From Minisyncoccota bacterium (GTDB lineage: Bacteria; Patescibacteriota; Minisyncoccia; Phycocordibacterales; UBA9973): a stretch of DNA of 64,000 nt. A model generated the notes under the pieces. It searched no databases. It was given only the letters and a program-made list of their open reading frames with translations, and was not told the DNA's origin. Shown here piece after piece: positions 62,214 through 64,000 of this stretch. Made by a program: the position numbers and the translations under genes. Every line of letters begins with the position of its first letter. Position 1 is the stretch's first letter. The stretch lies in NCBI GenBank assembly GCA_041662205.1, contig JBAZSZ010000001.1, positions 17,973-81,972 of the forward strand, read 5' to 3'.

Positions 62214-63243
62214 AGTTTTAAAGCATTTTATTCAAAATAAAATACTCATATTAGTTTTAATAGTATTTTGTTTTATTTTTCCACAAAAAACTAATGCCGC
62301 TACTTTATCTATTTCACCTAGTACTGCAAATGTTTTTGTCGGTGATACTTTCGCTGTAAAAATAAATATAAATACTTTAGGTAAGTCAATTAATAATACC
62401 GAAGGCATAATCCAATTTCCAGTAGAGATGCTGGAAGTTCTCTCTCTTAGTAAAAATTCTTCAATTTTTTCTTTATGGGTAGAAGAGCCAAGTTTTTCTA
62501 ATGTTACCGGTAAAATAAATTTTAATGGGGGAGTACCGACTCCGGGTTTCGTTGGACAAAATGGGAATATACTCTCTGTTACTTTTAAAGCCAAGAAACA
62601 AGGAACTGTTCCTGTTATTTTTACAAATGGAGTTATTCGAGAAAATGATGGCTTTGGCACAAATATTTCTGGTAATTTAACTGGTGCTATATTCTATGTT
62701 ATTAATAAGGTAGCACCTTCTCCAACTCCTGCACCAATATCAACACCAATAATAAAATCTTTACCAAAAAACGTTCCTAAAATAGTATCTACACCAGCAC
62801 CAACATCTGTGTCAGAAGAAACACTAAAACCATTTCCTATTCTGAAGGCTCCGGAAATTATGCTTAGTATAAAAGACGGTGTAATGTCTGTCATCGGTTC
62901 TTCAGCAGATTATCCGCAAGCGGAAGTATTTATAACATTCGTATCTCAAATTGGAACAAAAATACTTATTCCTAGTGTTGCAGACAATCAAGGTAATTTC
63001 AGTGTCCTTGTTCCTAATTTATTAAAACCTGGTTCATATGCTGTTACAGCAACTATGATTAAAGAGGATAAAACAGCTAGCGAAGCTTCAAATGCAATTG
63101 TAGCCAAAATCAATAATAATATTTTTGGTATTACCTTTGAAATGTGGATATTCATTATAATTATGCTTATTCTAATATTGATTTTAATTATTGATGTTTA
63201 TTTAAGTTTTGTAAAAAATAGAAAAGATGGAAAGATGTTGTAA
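62203..63243 (+). CDS. Cohesin-like plus Ig-like domain surface protein with C-terminal TM anchor
   Basis: VGDTFAVKINI..FPVEMLEV..LWVEEP..VTFKAK; Pro-rich linker; LKPGSYAVTATM Ig motif; C-terminal TM. Confidence 0.72.
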   Translation: MKNKVLKHFIQNKILILVLIVFCFIFPQKTNAATLSISPSTANVFVGDTFAVKININTLGKSINNTEGIIQFPVEMLEVLSLSKNSSIFSLWVEEPSFSNVTGKINFNGGVPTPGFVGQNGNILSVTFKAKKQGTVPVIFTNGVIRENDGFGTNISGNLTGAIFYVINKVAPSPTPAPISTPIIKSLPKNVPKIVSTPAPTSVSEETLKPFPILKAPEIMLSIKDGVMSVIGSSADYPQAEVFITFVSQIGTKILIPSVADNQGNFSVLVPNLLKPGSYAVTATMIKEDKTASEASNAIVAKINNNIFGITFEMWIFIIIMLILILILIIDVYLSFVKNRKDGKML

Positions 63244-63275
63244 TAATAATTTAAGCTTATATGTAGTATAATTAG

Positions 63276-64000
63276 ATGAAGATACCTCTTAAAAAGATGA
63301 AAACAATATTAAATAAAAAAATAATTATCTTTTCCATTTTTATTTTTTTTATTTCTTTTTTTTCTAATACAACTTTTGCTATTTGGGATGGTGCTCCTTA
63401 TGATCCAGGAGAAACAAATAATCCAGAATGCTTACCCTCACAAATTGATTGTGATGTTTTGCCTGCGGTCACAGGTACTCCTTGGACTGCACTGGGTTAT
63501 TTGACTTCTACCAATATTGATGACACTGCCTATGGGGCTGGTTGGAATGGGGATATAACTAATACTGCAAGCAAAAACGCAATTTATGATGTAATTTCTG
63601 CTTTGCCCGGCGGTCACGATGCTGTCACTCTCGGCACCGCGAATGGTCTTTCTCTTTCCACTCAGGTTTTAAGTTTAGCCCTAGCTTCCACTTCTACTAC
63701 TGGAGCTTTGTCGAATACTGACTGGAATACTTTCAATGAGAAGCAACCAGCTGGAAATTATTTAACTTCCTACACCGAAACGGATCCAGTTTTTCTTGCT
63801 TCGCAAGCGCACAATATTTCTGCTCAAAACATTACCGATCTTTCTAATTTGTCTGGCACCAACTCTGGCAACAATGCGGCGAACTCCACCTATGCCAATG
63901 ATTACCGTGCTGCCAACTTTGTGGCTGGGACCAATTACTTGGCACCGAATGGCTCCGCCGCTCTCCTCACTTCTTTCCCCACGCTCAACCAGAGTACGAC
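63276..64000 (+). CDS. Large secreted fibre/adhesin-like protein (3' truncated by window edge)
   Basis: Open frame from ATG 63276 (or 63297) to the end: signal peptide, YDPGETNNPECLP..C, GALSNTDWNTFNEKQ, YTETDPVF repeats typical of tail-fibre-like proteins. Confidence 0.7.
   Translation, partial: MKIPLKKMKTILNKKIIIFSIFIFFISFFSNTTFAIWDGAPYDPGETNNPECLPSQIDCDVLPAVTGTPWTALGYLTSTNIDDTAYGAGWNGDITNTASKNAIYDVISALPGGHDAVTLGTANGLSLSTQVLSLALASTSTTGALSNTDWNTFNEKQPAGNYLTSYTETDPVFLASQAHNISAQNITDLSNLSGTNSGNNAANSTYANDYRAANFVAGTNYLAPNGSAALLTSFPTLNQST

Overview
An AT-rich, gene-dense bacterial chromosomal segment using the standard code. Gene content and style point to a Patescibacteria/CPR (Parcubacteria-like) genome: trimmed aminoacyl-tRNA synthetases, a NusB-NUDIX fusion, a CPR-type type IV pilus locus, few Shine-Dalgarno sites and many leaderless genes. 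The taxon is an inference. In order, the window holds a type IV pilus operon (pilO to PilX-like, six pilin-like genes), ligA, an ECF sigma/anti-sigma pair with a cytochrome b5 target and a large surface protein beside tRNA-Ser, and truB-sufS-dsbA-cupin-DUF475-helicase/nuclease. It continues with pheST-gyrB, thrS, rpmF-nusB-rnc-smc-maf, dacA/capA-rnr, rpsP-khpA-trmD, rpoB-rpoC-dnaG-rpoD, dsbA, a GT2 glycosyltransferase, tRNA-Thr, tsf-rpsB, proS-mreBC-tgt, and a dockerin/cohesin surface cluster running off the right edge. The most unusual signals are: (1) a conserved two-hairpin element of about 45 nt sitting 0-4 nt before the start codon of unrelated genes (4 full copies, 1 partial); (2) palindromic elements inserted in-frame in core genes (ligA, tgt, pheT and others), where the ligA and tgt copies share a ~40-nt core in opposite orientations but have unrelated arms; (3) a short SMC whose hinge appears replaced by a Rad50-like CxxC zinc hook. 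No transposase, integrase or CRISPR array was seen. All calls are by eye, without database searches.
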